Shown: positions 11,602-29,900 of the stretch, piece by piece
How the letters are laid out: every line of letters starts with the position of its first letter
Position numbering within the stretch: position 1 is the stretch's first letter
Assembly (NCBI GenBank): GCA_964016885.1
Contig: OZ024741.1
Location: 130,510,001 to 130,574,000 of the forward strand
Reading direction: 5' to 3'
Length of the DNA: 64,000 nucleotides
DNA from: Eledone cirrhosa
Taxonomy: Eukaryota
Made by a program: the position numbers and the translations under genes
Notes under the pieces: model-generated
What the model saw: only the letters and a program-made list of their open reading frames with translations
What the model was told of the DNA's origin: nothing
Databases searched by the model: none

Positions 11602-11658
<57 letters not shown>

Positions 11659-11789
11659 ATGTATATATGTATATATATGTATATATGCACTTAGCTTTGA
11701 GGTCACCTGAATGAGTAATCAATACCATAGTAGAGTTTAATATTTATAATCTTTATTAAGGCAAAGTTAGAGTATAAATATATCCTGTC

Positions 11790-11930
11790 GACTTCCACAC
11801 AGTGTCACTCACGAAGCATCACCTCCCTAGGGTTATAGTAGAAGTCACCTAAGATGCCACACAGTAAGACTGAATGTGAAGTCGCGTCACTGCAAAGCCA
11901 ACAACTTGAACAGACAGCCGTGGCCACATC
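11790..11930 (-). mobile_element. Degenerate tRNA-derived SINE
   Basis: Minus strand GTGGCCACGGCTGTCTGTTCAAG...TTCAGTCTTACTGTGTGGCATCTTAGGTGACTTCTACTATAACCC...GTGAGTG has decayed A/B-box-like segments and resembles, from memory, a common octopus SINE head and core. Confidence 0.5.
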
Positions 11931-11942
11931 TACACTCCCAAT

Positions 11943-12030
<88 letters not shown>

Positions 12031-12801
12031 CACGATGATAAAAAAAGCAGAACACAAAAATACAATTACACAAAATCTTATTAGTTTCATACTTTTAGGA
12101 AAAGGGAAAGGATTTTTTACAACATATCAGGCGTTAATCATTTATCAGTAAAGAGTATAGTCAGTAAAGAGTATAGTAATAAAATGTTGTAGTTTGCTTG
12201 AAGCATTGTGTATAATATAAAACGTTGAAAGAGATAGAAGGCTAAACAATACAATATGGACTGTAAGGTGAGGTAACGAAAAAGTAAGTTACCTGGTAAT
12301 CTTTGTTTTGTTTTTTTGTTGTTGTTGTTCTTTTTTCTGTCCAATATTTAGGTACCTAAAAGTCCCTTCTTCGGGGTTTAAGGAACTTTCAGTCGATAAT
12401 GTTCCAATTTCCTCTCTTTTGGGATTACATATTGATTTTCATTTAAAGTTTTCTAAGTCGTTTTCAGCGTTTTTTATGGTTATTTCGCTCTTCACCAGAA
12501 TGACGTCTATTGCCAATATAGTATTTCACAAATCAATGTTATCTTTTGTATGAGATGTTTAGTTTGTATCTTTTTATGTCAAGTACTGTGTGCTGAGTTC
12601 TAATCTATTATTTATTTGCGAGTTGAGTCTACGTATGACCAAGGATTCCTTAATTCTTAAATTGACCACATTTCTATCACTAGCTTTAATAGTAACGGTA
12701 TATATATAAACATGAATGGACTTGTTATTTTTCTCTAAAAACATTGTTTCCGATTCCGACCCGCCCGTTCCCTCAATCTTTCTAGTTTCTTTCCCATTCT
12801 T

Positions 12802-12837
12802 TCTTCTGATGAAGGACTAACGTCCGAACCGTTAAGA
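12802..12837 (+). ncRNA. Degenerate minimal hammerhead relic
   Basis: TCTT-CTGATGA-A-GGAC-taac-GTCC-GAAC-CG-TT-AAGA: stems I and II pair, but GAAA reads GAAC, so probably inactive. Confidence 0.5.
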
Positions 12838-12922
12838 GCCCCTTCCTGCTATTTCAAGCGTTAAACTAATATATTCCTTCCATAAACTGTACCGATTGTG
12901 TCATTATTTCTGTTTACCATTT

Positions 12923-13157
<235 letters not shown>

Positions 13158-13391
13158 TATAAATATAAATATAAATAATGAATTAAGCAATATTACATTG
13201 AATCATTGACTTACAGTCGCTTCTATAGTCCAATAAGGAATGAAAGGCTGTCCAATCTTGAAAAACTAGATTGTCATAATCAAATCAAATCGAATATTTG
13301 AATATACCAGTGGGAAAGAGGTGTTGCTTAAAACGCACAGACCCACACATACATACAAACTTACATATGTATGTATGTATATATATACATA

Positions 13392-13498
<107 letters not shown>

Positions 13499-13587
13499 TT
13501 AAAGGTTAAACAAGGTTCAATGAATAAATCAAAGAATTAGTTTTACAATAGATTGGAAGCACTCAACATTAACGGTTTTCTATCACT

Positions 13588-13654
13588 TATTTTATCTGAT
13601 GAGGTCGTACTGTTGAAGATAGCTCAGTACCTCTGAAATATGTATAATAAAATA
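13588..13654 (+). ncRNA. Type I hammerhead motif in a ~200-bp segment flanked by (TA)n
   Basis: TATTTTAT-CTGATGA-GGTC-GTACTG-(12 nt)-CAGTAC-CTCT-GAAA-TATGTA-TA^ATAAAATA: 8-bp stem I, intact core, stem II with two mismatches near its base, short near-palindromic stem III. Confidence 0.6.
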
Positions 13655-13695
13655 TACTTGATCACACGAATGTCTATTTTTGTTAATATTTTGAA

Positions 13696-13810
<115 letters not shown>

Positions 13811-13811
13811 G

Positions 13812-13865
<54 letters not shown>

Positions 13866-13920
13866 AGTGTGTATATATATATATATATATATGTATATAT
13901 TTTTTTTTTTTTTTTTTTAA

Positions 13921-14006
13921 TTAAAATAACAGATTAAAGTTTAAGCAAAGAATCGATAAGGGTGAAAACACCGGTTCTTAGCTTAAACTTTAATCTGTTA
14001 TTTTAA
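13921..14006. repeat. Hairpin with 35-bp arms (2 mismatches) and 16-nt loop, between (TA)n tracts
   Basis: TTAAAATAACAGATTAAAGTTTAAGCAAAGAATCG versus CGGTTCTTAGCTTAAACTTTAATCTGTTATTTTAA. Confidence 0.85.
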
Positions 14007-14070
14007 TAAATATTTGCTCTACGGTTCTTATATATTTGATATATATTTATCCTTATCGAGCCCTCTTTGG

Positions 14071-14196
<126 letters not shown>

Positions 14197-14210
14197 GTGT
14201 GTGTGTCTAA

Positions 14211-14282
<72 letters not shown>

Positions 14283-14727
14283 AAAGATAGCTAGGTAGAT
14301 AGATAATCGATAGATAAATAGACAGATACATAGATAGACAAAGGGACAGGCAGATAGATAGTTAGATAACTTGACAGTATAGGATAGGTAGATAACCATA
14401 TTAAGGACTGCATATCTATATTAATTATGTAATAAGTAGATGGTGTCAGCAGCTAAATGTGTGGAAGTGAAATCGTCGTCTTGGATCCAATCAGGTTGTG
14501 ATCTTATGTATCCGGTTTACACATTTTATCCAATGAAAGACCAGGAATCCAACTTTCGGAATAGACTAAGTCTGTGGGGACTAAATGGTGCTGCTCTTTT
14601 TTTTTTCTTCTTTTTTTCTTTTTTTTTTTTTTGGCTTCTCTGGAATATTTTAATCTGTGGAAGGTCTTACGAATTTCCCACTTGGCAATTCCTACCATGT
14701 TGATTGGCAGCAAACAACAACGGGACC

Positions 14728-14973
<246 letters not shown>

Positions 14974-17900
14974 AACCATCATCACCATCACTACTACCAA
15001 CACCATCACCATCACCAACGCCACTACCATCACCACAAGCATCACAATCACTACAACCAACACCATCACCATTACCACTACCAACACCATCACTACTACC
15101 ATCACGATCATTACTACCATCACCATCACTACTACCAACACCATCACCATCACCACAACCATCACCATCACTACCACCAACACCATCACCATCACTACTA
15201 CCAACACCATCACCATCACCACTACGAACACCATCACCATCACCAACACCATCACCATCACCACTACCAGGACCATCACTACTACCAACACCACCACCAT
15301 CACTACTACCAACACCATCACCTTCACCACTACCAACACCATCACCATCACCACTACCATCAACATCACTACTACCATCACCATCACCACTACCAACACT
15401 ATCACCACTACCAACACCATTACTACTACCAACACCATCACCACTACCATCAACATCACTACTACCAACACCATCACTACTACCAACACCATCATCATCA
15501 CTACTACCAACACCATCACCATCACCACTACCAACACCATCACCACTACCATCACCATCACTACTACCAACACCATCATCATCACTACTACCAACACCAA
15601 CACCATCACTACTACCAACACCATCATCATCACTACTACCGACACCATCACTACTACCAACACCATCACTACAACCATCACCATCACTACTACCAACACC
15701 ATCACCACTACCAACACCATCATCATCACCACTACCAACACCATCACTACTACCAACACCATCACCATCACCACTACCAACACCAACACCATCACCACTA
15801 CCAACACCATCACCACTACCATCACCATCACTACTACCAACACCATCATCATCACTACTACCAACACCATCACCATCACCACTACCAACACCAACACCAT
15901 CACCACTACCAACACCATCAGCATCACTACTACCATCACCATCACTACTACCAACACCATCACCACTACCATCACCATCATCATCACTACTACCAACACC
16001 ATCACCACTACCAACACCATCACTACTACGAACACCATCACCACTACCAACACCATCACCACTACCAACACCATTATCATCACCACTACCATCACCATCA
16101 CTACTAACATCACCATCACCATCACTACTACCATCACCATCACCAGCACCATCACCACTAGCATCACCGTCCCCATCACTACTACCATCACCATCACCAT
16201 CACTACGACCAATACCATCACCATCACCACTACAATCACCATCACTACTACCAACACCATCTCCACTACCATCACCAACACTACTACCATCACCATCACT
16301 ACTACTAACACCATCACCACTACCATCACCATCACCACTACCAACACCATCACCACTACCATCACCATCACTACTACTAACACCATCACCACTACCAACA
16401 CCATCACCACTACCAACACCATCACCATCACTACTACCATCAACATCACCATCACCATCACTACTACTAACACCATCACCACTACCAACACCATCACCAC
16501 TACCAACACCATCACCATCACTACTACCATCAACATCACCATCACTACTACCATCACCATCTCCACTACCATCACTATCACTACTACCAAGAACATCACC
16601 ATCACTACTACCAACACCATCACCACTACCATCAACATTACTACTACCAACACCATCACCATCACTACTACCAACACCAACACCATCACTACTACCATCA
16701 CCATCACCATAACTACTACCATCACCATCACCACTACCATCAACATCACCACTACCAAAACCATCACCATCACTACTACCAACACCAACACCATCACTAC
16801 TACCAACACCAACACCATCACTACTACCAACACCATCACTACTACCAACACCATCACTACTACCAACACCAACACCATCACTACTACCAACACCAACACC
16901 ATCACTACTACCATCACCATCACCATAACTACTACCATCACCATCACCACTACCAAAACCATCACCACTACCAACACCATCACCATCACTACTACCAACA
17001 CCAACACCATCACCACTACCAACACCATCACCATCACTACTACCAACACCATCACCATCACTACTACCAACACCATCACCATCACTACTACCAACACCAA
17101 CACCATCACTACTACCAAAACCATCACCACTACCAACACCATCACCATCACTACTACCAACACCAACACCATCACCACTACCAACACCATCACCATCACT
17201 ACTACCAACACCATCACCATCACTACTACCAACACCATCACCATCACTACTACCAACACCATCACCATCACTACTACCAACACCATCACCATCACTACTA
17301 CCAACACCATCACTACTACCAACACCAACACCATCACTACTACCAACACCAACACCATCACTACTACCAACACCAACACCATCACTACTACCAACACCAT
17401 CACCATCACTACTACCAACACCATCACCATCACTACTATCAAAACCATCACCATCACTACTACCAACACCATCACCATCACTACTACCAAAACCATCACC
17501 ATCACTACTACCAACACCATCAACATCACTACTACCAACACCATCACTACTACCAACACCATCACCACTACCAACACCATCATCATCACTACTACCAACA
17601 CCATCACCATCACTACTACCAACACCAACACCATCACTACTACCAAAACCATCACCACTACCAACACCATCAACATCACTACTAGCAACACCATCAACAT
17701 CACTACTACCAACACCATCACCATCACTACTACCAACACCATCACCATCACTACTACCAACACCAACACCATCATTACTACCAACACCAACACCATCACT
17801 ACTACCAACACCATCACCATCACTACTACCAACACCATCACCATCACTACTACCAAAACCATCACCATCACTACTACCAACACCATCAACATCACTACTA

Positions 17901-20900
17901 CCAACACCATCACTACTACCAACACCATCACCACTACCAACACCATCATCATCACTACTACCAACACCATCACCATCACTACTACCAACACCATCACCAT
18001 CACTACTACCAACACCAACACCATCACTACTACCAAAACCATCACCACTACCAACACCATCAACATCACTACTAGCAACACCATCAACATCACTACTACC
18101 AACACCATCACCATCACTACTACCAACACCATCACCATCACTACTACCAACACCAACACCATCACTACTACCAACACCATCACCATCACTACTATCAAAA
18201 CCATCACTACTACCAACACCTTTCACCATCACCACTACCATCACCATCAACATCACCATCACTACTACCATCACCATCACTACTACCATCACCATCACCA
18301 ACACTACTACCAGGACCATCACTACTACCATCACCATCACCACTACCAACACCATCACCACTACCATCACCATCACAATCACTACTACCAACACCATCAC
18401 TACTACCAACACCATCATCATCACTACTACCATCACCATCACTACTACCATCACAATCACTACTACCATCACCATCACAAACACTACTACCAACACCAAC
18501 ACTACTACCAACACCATCACCACTACCATCACCATCACAAACACTACTACCAACACCAACACTACTACCAACACCATCACCACTACCATCACCATCACCA
18601 TCACTACTACCAACACCATCACTACTACCAACACCATCATCATCACTACTACCATCACAATCACCACTACCATCACCATCACTACTACCATCATCATCAC
18701 CATCACTACTACCATCACCATCACCAGCACCATCACCACTACCATCACCATCACTACTACCATCATCATCACCATCACTACTACCATCACCATCACCATC
18801 ACTACTACCATCACCATCACTACTACCATAACCATCAGCACTACCAACACCATCAACATCACTACTACCAACACCATCACCATCACTACTACCAACACCA
18901 GCACCACTACCATCACCATCACTACTACCAACACCAACACTACTACCAACACCATCACCACTACCAACACCATCAACATCACTACTACCAACAGCATCAA
19001 CATCACTACTACCAACACCATCAACATCACTACTACCAACACCATCACCATCACTACTACCAACACCAACACCATCACTACTACCAGCACCATCACCATC
19101 ACTACTACCAACACCAACACCATCACTACTGCCAACACCAACACCATCACTACTACCAACACCATCACCATCACTACTACCAACACGATCACCATCACTA
19201 CTACCAACACCATCACCATCACTACTACCAACACCAACACCATCACTACTGCCAACACCAATACCATCACCATCACTACTACCAACACCAAAACCATCAC
19301 CACTACCAACACCATCACCACTACCAACACCATCACCATCACCACTACCAATACCATCAACATCACCACTACCATCACCATCAACATCACCATCACTACT
19401 ACCATCACCATCACTACTACCATCACCATCACCAACACTACTACCATCACCATCACTACTACCATCACCATCACTACTACCATCACCATCACTACTACCA
19501 ACACCATCACAACTACCAACACAAAAAACTGCTACCAGCACCATCACCATCACTACTACCAACACCATCACTACTACCAACACCAACAACATCACTACTA
19601 CCAACACCAACACCATCACTACTACCATCACCATCACCATCACCATCACCATCACCATCACCACTACCAACACCATCACTACTACCAACACCATCACTAC
19701 TACCAACACCATCACTACTACCAACACCATCATCATCACTACTACCATCACCATCACTACTACCAACACCAACACCATCACTACTACCATCACCATCACC
19801 ATCACCATCACCATCACCATCACCATCACCATCACCACTACCATCACCATCACTACTACCATCACCATCACCACTACCAACACCATCACCCCTACCATCA
19901 CAATCACTACTACCAACACCATCACTACTACCAACACCATCACTACTACCAACACCATCACCACTACCAACACCATCACCATCACTACCACCAACACCAT
20001 CACCATCACTACAAGCATCACCATCACTACTAACATCACCATCACTTCTACCAACACCATCACCATCACTACTACCATCACCATCACTTCTACCAACACC
20101 ATCACCATCACTACTACCAACACCATCACTACTACCAACACCATCATCATCACTACTACTAACACCATCACTACTACCAACACCATCATAATCACTACTA
20201 CCATCACCATCACTACTACCAACACCATCACCATCAATACTACCTACACCAACACCATCACTACTACCAACACCATCACCATCACTACTACCAACACCAT
20301 CATCATCACTACTACCAACACCATCACTACTACCAACACCATCATCATCACTACTACCAACACCATCACTACTACCAACACCATCACTACTACCATCACC
20401 ATCACTACTACCAACACCATCACCACTACCAACACCATCACCATCACTACTACCAACACCATCATCATCACTACTACCAACACCATCACTACTACCAACA
20501 CCATCATCATCACTACTACCAACACCATCACTATTACCAAGACCATCACAACTACCATCACAATCACTACTACCAACACCATCACTACTACCAACACCAT
20601 CATCATCACTATTACCAACACCATCACTACAACCAACACCATCACTACTACCATCACCATCACTACTACCAACACCATCACCACTACCAACACCATCACC
20701 ATCACTACTACCAACACCATCACTACTACCATCACCATCACCACTACCATCACCATCACTACTACCAACACCATCACTACTACCAGGACCATCACTACTA
20801 CCATCACCATCACTACTACCAACACTATCACCACTACCAACACCATCACTACTACCAACACCATCACTACTACCATCACCATCACTACTACCGTCACCAT

Positions 20901-23900
20901 CACTACTACCAACACTATCACCACTACCAACACCATCACTACTACCAACACCATCACTACTAGCATCACCATCACTACTACCATCACAATCACTACTACC
21001 AACACCATCACCATCGCTACTAGCATCACCATCACTACTACCATCACAATCACTACTACCAACACCATCACCATCACTACTACCATCACAATCACTACTA
21101 CCATCACCATCACTACTAACAACACCATCACTACTACCAGCACCATCACTACTACCAACACCATCACCAATACCATCACCATCACAATCACTACTACCAA
21201 CACCATCATAATCACTACTACCAACACCATCACCACTACCATCACAATCACTACTACCATCACAATCACTACTACCAACACCATCATCATCACTACTACC
21301 AACACCATCACCACTACCATCACCATCACCATCACTACTACCAACACCATCACTACTACCAACACCATCATCATCACTACTACCATCACCATCACTACTA
21401 CCAACACCATCACCATCACTACTACCAACACCATCACTACTACCATCACCATCAATACTACCAACACCAACACCATCACTACTACCATCACCATCACCAT
21501 CACCACTACCAACACCATCACTACTACCAACACCATCACTACTACCAACACCATCACTACTACCAACACCATCACTACTACCATCACCATCCCCACTACC
21601 AACACCATCACCATCACCACTACCATCACCATCACTACTACCAACACCAACAACATCACTACTACCAACACCAACACCATCACTACTACCATCACCATCA
21701 CCATCACAATCACTACCACCAACACCATCACCATCACTACTAGCATCACCATCACTACTAACATCACCATCACTTCTACCAACACCAACACCATCACTAC
21801 TACCAACACCATCACTACTACCAACACCATCACCATCACTACTACCTACACCATCATCATCACTACTACCAACACCATCACCATCACTACTATCATCACC
21901 ATCACTACTACCATCACAATCACTACTACCAACACCATCACCATCACTACTAGCATCACCATCACTACTACCATCACCATCACTTCTACCAACACCATCA
22001 CCATCACTACTACCATCACCATCATCATCACTACTACCAACACCGTCACCACTACCAACACCATCACCATCACTACTACCAACACCATCACCATCACTAC
22101 TACCATCATCACCATCACTACTACCATCACCATCACTACTACCAACACCATCACCATCACTACCATCATCATCACCATCACTACTACCATCACCATCACT
22201 ACTACCAACACCATCACCATCACTACTACCAACACCATCACCATCACTACTACCATCACCATCACTACTACCAACACCGTCACTACTACCATCACCAACA
22301 CTACTACCAACAACATCACCATCACTACTACCATCACCATCACTACTACCAACACCATCAGCATCACTACTACCAACACCATCACCATCACTACTACCAT
22401 CACCATCACTACTACCAACACCGTCACTACTACCATCACCAACACTACTACCAACACCATCACCATCACTACTAGCTTCACCATCACTACTACCAACACC
22501 ACCACTACTACCAACACCATCACCATCACTACTACCAACACCATCACCATCACTACTAGCCTCACCATCACTACTACCAACACCATCACTACTACCAACA
22601 CCACCACTACTACCAACACCATCACCATCACTACTACCAACACCATCACCATCACTACTACCATCACCATCACTATTACCAACACCATCACCACTACCAT
22701 CACCATCACTACTACCATCACCATCACCAGTACCATAACCATCACTACTACCAACACCATCACCATCACCACTACCATCACCATCACTACTACCTACACC
22801 ATCACCACTACCATCACCATCACTACTACCAACACCATCACCATCACTACTAGCAACACCATCACCATCACTACAACCAACACCATCACCATCACCACTA
22901 CCATCACCATCACTACTACCAACAGCATCACTACTACCATCACCATCACTACTACCAACACCAACACCATCACCACTACCAACACCATCACCATCACTAC
23001 TACCATCCCCATCACTACTAGCAACACCATCACTACTACCAACACCATCACCATCACTACTACCAACACCATCACCACTACCAACACCATCATCATCACT
23101 ACTACCAACTCCATCACCATCACCACTACCATCACCATCACCACTACCATCACCATTACCACTACCAACACCATCACTACTACCATCACCATCACTACTA
23201 CCATCACCATCACCACTACCATCACCACTACCAACACCATCACTACTACCAACACCATCAACACTACCATCACCATCACTACTACTATCATCATCACCAT
23301 CACCACTACCAACACCATCACTACTACCATCACCATCACTACTACCATCACCATCACTACTACCAACACCATCACTACCACCAACACCATTACTTCTACC
23401 AACAACATCACCATCACTACTACCAACACCATCACTACCACCAACACCATTACTACTACCAACACCATCACCATCACTACTGCCATCACCATCACTACTA
23501 CCAACACCATCACTACTACCAACACCATCACCATCACTACTGCCATCACCATCACTACTACCAACACCATCACCACTACCATCACCATCACTACTACCAA
23601 CACCATCACCATCACCACTACCATCACCATCACCACTACCATCACCATCACTACTACCAACACCATCACCACTACCATCACCAGCACTACTACCAACACC
23701 ATCACTACTACCAACACCATCACTACTACCATCACCATCACTACTACCATCACCATCACTACTACCATCACCATCACCATCACTACTACCAAAACCATCA
23801 CCACTACCAACACCATCACTACTACCATCACCATCACCACTACCAACACCTTCACTACTACCAACACCATCACTACTACCAACACCATCACTACTACCAA

Positions 23901-26900
23901 CACCATCACTACTACCAACACCATCACTACTACCAACACCATCACCACTACCAACACCATCACTACTACCAACACCATCACTACTACCAACACCATCACT
24001 ACTACCAACACCATCACTACTACCGTCACCATCACTACTACGATCACCATCACTACTACCATCACCATCACTACTACCAACACCATCACTACTAACATCA
24101 CCATCACTACTACCAATACCATCACTACTACCATCACCATCACTACTACCAATACCATCACTACTACCAACACCATCACTACTACCATCACCATCACTAC
24201 TACCATCACCATCACTACTACCAACACCATCACTACTACCAACACCATCACTACTACCATCACCATCACTACTACCAACACCATCACTACTACCATCACC
24301 ATCACCACTACCATCACCATCACTACTACCATCACCATCACTACTACCATCACCATCACTACTACCAACACCATCACTACTACCAACACCATCACTACTA
24401 CCATCACCATCACTACTACCAACACCATCACCATCACTACTACTAACACCATCACTACTACCAACACCATCATCATCACTACTACCATCACCATCACTAC
24501 TACCAACACCATCACTACTACCAACACCATCACCATCACCACTACCAACACCATCACCATCACTACTACCAACACCATCACTACTACCAACACCATCATC
24601 ATCACTACTACCAACACCATCACTACTACCAACACCATCATCATCACTATTACCAACACCATCACTACTACCATCACCATCACCACTACCAACACCTTCA
24701 CTACTACCATCACCATCACTACTACCATCACCATCACTACTACCAACACCATCACTACTACCAACACCATCACTACTACCAACACCATCACTACTACCAA
24801 CACCATCACCACTACCAACACCATCACCATCACTACTACCAACACCATCACCACTACCATCACCATCACAATCACTACTACCATCACCATCACTACTACC
24901 AACACCATCATCATCACTACTACCATCACCATCACTACTACCAACACCATCACTACTACCAACACCATCACCATCACTACTACCAACACCATCACTACTA
25001 CCAACACCATCATCATCACTACTACCAACACCATCATCATCACTATTACCAACACCATCACTACAACCAACACCATCACTACTACCATCACCATCACTAC
25101 TACCAACACCATCACCACTACCAACACCATCACCATCACTACTACCAACACCATCACTACTACCAGGACCATCACTACTACCATCACCATCACTACTACC
25201 AACACTATCACCACTACCAACACCATCACTACTACCAACACCATCACTACTAGCATCACCATCACTACTACCATCACAATCACTACTACCAACACCATCA
25301 CCATCGCTACTAGCATCACCATCACTACTACCATCACAATCACTACTACCAACACCATCACCATCACTACTACCATCACAATCACTACTACCATCACCAT
25401 CACTACTAACAACACCATCACTACTACCAGCACCATCACTACTACCAACACCATCACCAATACCATCACCATCACAATCACTACTACCAACACCATCATA
25501 ATCACTACTACCAACACCATCACCACTACCATCACAATCACTACTACCATCACAATCACTACTACCAACACCATCATCATCACTACTACCAACACCATCA
25601 CCACTACCATCACCATCACCATCACTACTACCAACACCATCACTACTACCAACACCATCACTACTACCAACACCATCATCATCACTACTACCATCACCAT
25701 CACTACTACCAACACCATCACTACTACCATCACCATCAATACTACCAACACCAACAACATCACTACTACCAACACCAACACCATCACTACTACAATCACC
25801 ATCACCATCACCACTACCAACACCATCACTACTACCAACACCATCACTACTACCAACACCATCACTACTACCAACACCATCACTACTACCATCACCATCC
25901 CCACTACCAACACCATCACCATCACCACTACCATCACCATCACTACTACCAACACCATCACTACTACCAACACCATCACTACTACCATCAACATCACCAC
26001 TACCAACACCATCACCATCACTACTACCAACACCATCACTACTACCATCACCATCACTACTACCATCACAATCACTACCACCAACACCATCACCATCACT
26101 ACAAGCATCACCATCACTACTAACATCACCATCACTTCTACCAACACCATCACCATCACTACTACCAACACCATCACTACCACCAACACCATTACTACTA
26201 CCAACACCATCACCATCACTACTGCCATCACCATCACTACTACCAACACCATCACTACTACCAACACCATCACCATCACTACTGCCATCACCATCACTAC
26301 GACCAACACCATCACCACTACCATCACCATCACTACTACCAACACCATCACCATCACCACTACCATCACCATCACCACTACCATCACCATCACTACTACC
26401 AACACCATCACCACTACCATCACCAGCACTACTACCAACACCATCACTACTACCAACACCATCACTACTACCATCACCATCACTACTACCATCACCATCA
26501 CTACTACCATCACCATCACCATCACTACTACCAAAACCATCACCACTACCAACACCATCACTACTACCATCACCATCACCACTACCAACACCTTCACTAC
26601 TACCAACACCATCACTACTACCAACACCATCACTACTACCAACACCATCACTACTACCAACACCATCACCACTACCAACACCATCACTACTATCAACACC
26701 ATCACTACTACCAACACCATCACTACTACCAACACCATCACTACTACCGTCACCATCACTACTACCATCACCATCACTACTACCATCACCATCACTACTA
26801 CCAACACCATCACTACTAACATCACCATCACTACTACCAATACCATCACTACTACCATCACCATCACTACTACCAATACCATCACTACTACCAACACCAT

Positions 26901-29900
26901 CACTACTACCATCACCATCACTACTACCATCACCATCACTACTACCAACACCATCACTACTACCAACACCATCACTACTACCATCACCATCACTACTACC
27001 AACACCATCACTACTACCATCACCATCACCACTACCATCACCATCACTACTACCATCACCATCACTACTACCATCACCATCACTACTACCAACACCATCA
27101 CTACTACCAACACCATCACTACTACCATCACCATCACTACTACCAACACCATCACCATCACTACTACTAACACCATCACTACTACCAACACCATCATCAT
27201 CACTACTACCATCACCATCACTACTACCAACACCATCACTACTACCAACACCATCACCATCACTACTACCAACACCATCACCATCACTACTAACATCACC
27301 ATCACTACTACCAACACCATCACTACCACCAACACCATTACTTCTACCAACAACATCACCATCACTACTACCAACACCATCACTACCACCAACACCATTA
27401 CTACTACCAACACCTTCACCATCACTACTGCCATCACCATCACTACTACCAACACCATCACTACTACCAACACCATCACCATCACTACTGCCATCACCAT
27501 CACTACTACCAACACCATCACCACTACCATCACCATCACTACTACCAACACCATCACCATCACCACTACCATCACCATCACCACTACCATCACCATCACT
27601 ACTACCAACACCATCACCACTACCATCACCAGCACTACTACCAACACCATCACTACTACCAACACCATCACTACTACCATCACCATCACTACTACCATCA
27701 CCATCACTACTACCATCACCATCACCATCACTACTACCATCACCATCACCACTACCATCACCATCCCTACTACCATCACCATCACCACTACAAACACCTT
27801 CACTACTACCATCACCATCACTACTACCAACACCATCACTACTACCAACACCATCACTACTACCAACACCATCACTACTACCAACACCATCACTACTACC
27901 ATCACCATCACTACTACCAACACCATCACTACTACCATCACCATCACCACTACCATCACCATCACTACTACCATCACCATCACTACTACCATCACAATCA
28001 CTACTACCAACACCATCACTACTACCAACACCATCACTACTACCATCACCATCACTACTACCAACACCATCACTACTACCATCACCATCACTACTACCAT
28101 CACCATCACTACTACCAACACCATCACCATCACTACTACCAACATCATCACTACTACCATCACCATCACTACTACCAACACCATCACTACTACAATCACC
28201 ATCACTACTACCAACACCATCACTACTACCATCACCATCACTACTACCAACACCATCACTACTACCATCACCATCACTACTACCAACATCATCACTACTA
28301 CCATCACCATCACTACTACCATCACCATCACTACTACCATCACCATCACTACTACCAACATCATCAAAACTACCAACACCATCACCATCACTACTACCAA
28401 CACCATCACCATCACTACTACCATCACCATCACTACTACCATCACCATCACTACTACCGTCACCATCACGATCACTACTACCAACACCATCACTATTACC
28501 ATCACCATCACTACTACCATCACCATCACTACTACCGTCACCATCACGATCACTACTACCAACACCATCACTACTACCATCACCATCACTACTACCAACA
28601 CCATCACCATCACCACTACCATCGCCATCACTACTACAATCACCATCACTACTACCATCGCCATCACTACTACCAAGACCATCACTACTACCATCACCAT
28701 CACTACTACTGTCACCATCACTACTACCAACGCCATCACTACTACCATCACCATCACTACTACCATCACCATCACTACTACCAACACCATCACTACTACC
28801 AACACCATCACTACCACCAATACCATCACTACTACCTTCACCATTACTACTACCAACACCATCACCACTACCATCACCATCACTACTACCATCATCAACA
28901 CCATCACCACTACCAACACCATCACTACTACCATCACCATCACTACTACCATCACCATCACTACTACCAACACCATCACTACCACCAACACCATCACTAC
29001 TACCATCACCATTACTACTACCAACACCATCACCACTACCATCACCATCACTACTACCATCATCAACACCATCACCACTACCAACACCATCACTACTACC
29101 ATCACCATCACTACTACGATCACCATCACTACTACCAACACAATCACAACTACCATCACCATCACTACTACCAACACCATCACTACCACCAACACCATTA
29201 CTACTACCAACATCATCACCATCACTACTACCATCACCATCACTACTACCAACACCATCACTACTACCAACACCATCACCATCACTACTACCATCACCAT
29301 CACTACTACCAACACCATCACTACTACCATCACCATCAATACTACCAACACCATCACCACTACCATCACATTCACTACTACCAACACCATCACTACTACC
29401 ATCACCATCACTACTACCATCACCATCACTACTACCAACACCATCACCATCACTACTACCAACACCATCACTACTACCAACATCATCACTACTACCATCA
29501 CCATCACCATCACTACTACCATCACCATCACTACTACCATCAACATCACCATCACTACTACCATCACCATCACTACTACCAACACCATCACCATCAGCAC
29601 TACCATCAACATCACTACTAACATCACCATCACCATCACTACTACCATCACCATCACTACTACCATCAACATCACCATCACAACTACCATCACCATCACT
29701 ACTACCAACACCATCACCATCAGCACTACCATCAACATCACTACTACCAACACCATCACCATCACTACTACAATCACCACCACTACTACCATCACCATAA
29801 CTACTACCATCACCATCACCACTACCATCACCATCACTACTACAATCACCACCACTACTACCATCACCATAACTACTACCATCACCATCACCACTACCAT

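Noticed and set aside
12340-12390. Further hammerhead on the minus strand (CCGAAGA-A-GGGAC..GTACC-TAAA)
   Set aside because: Both core boxes deviate, so it cannot be distinguished from chance.
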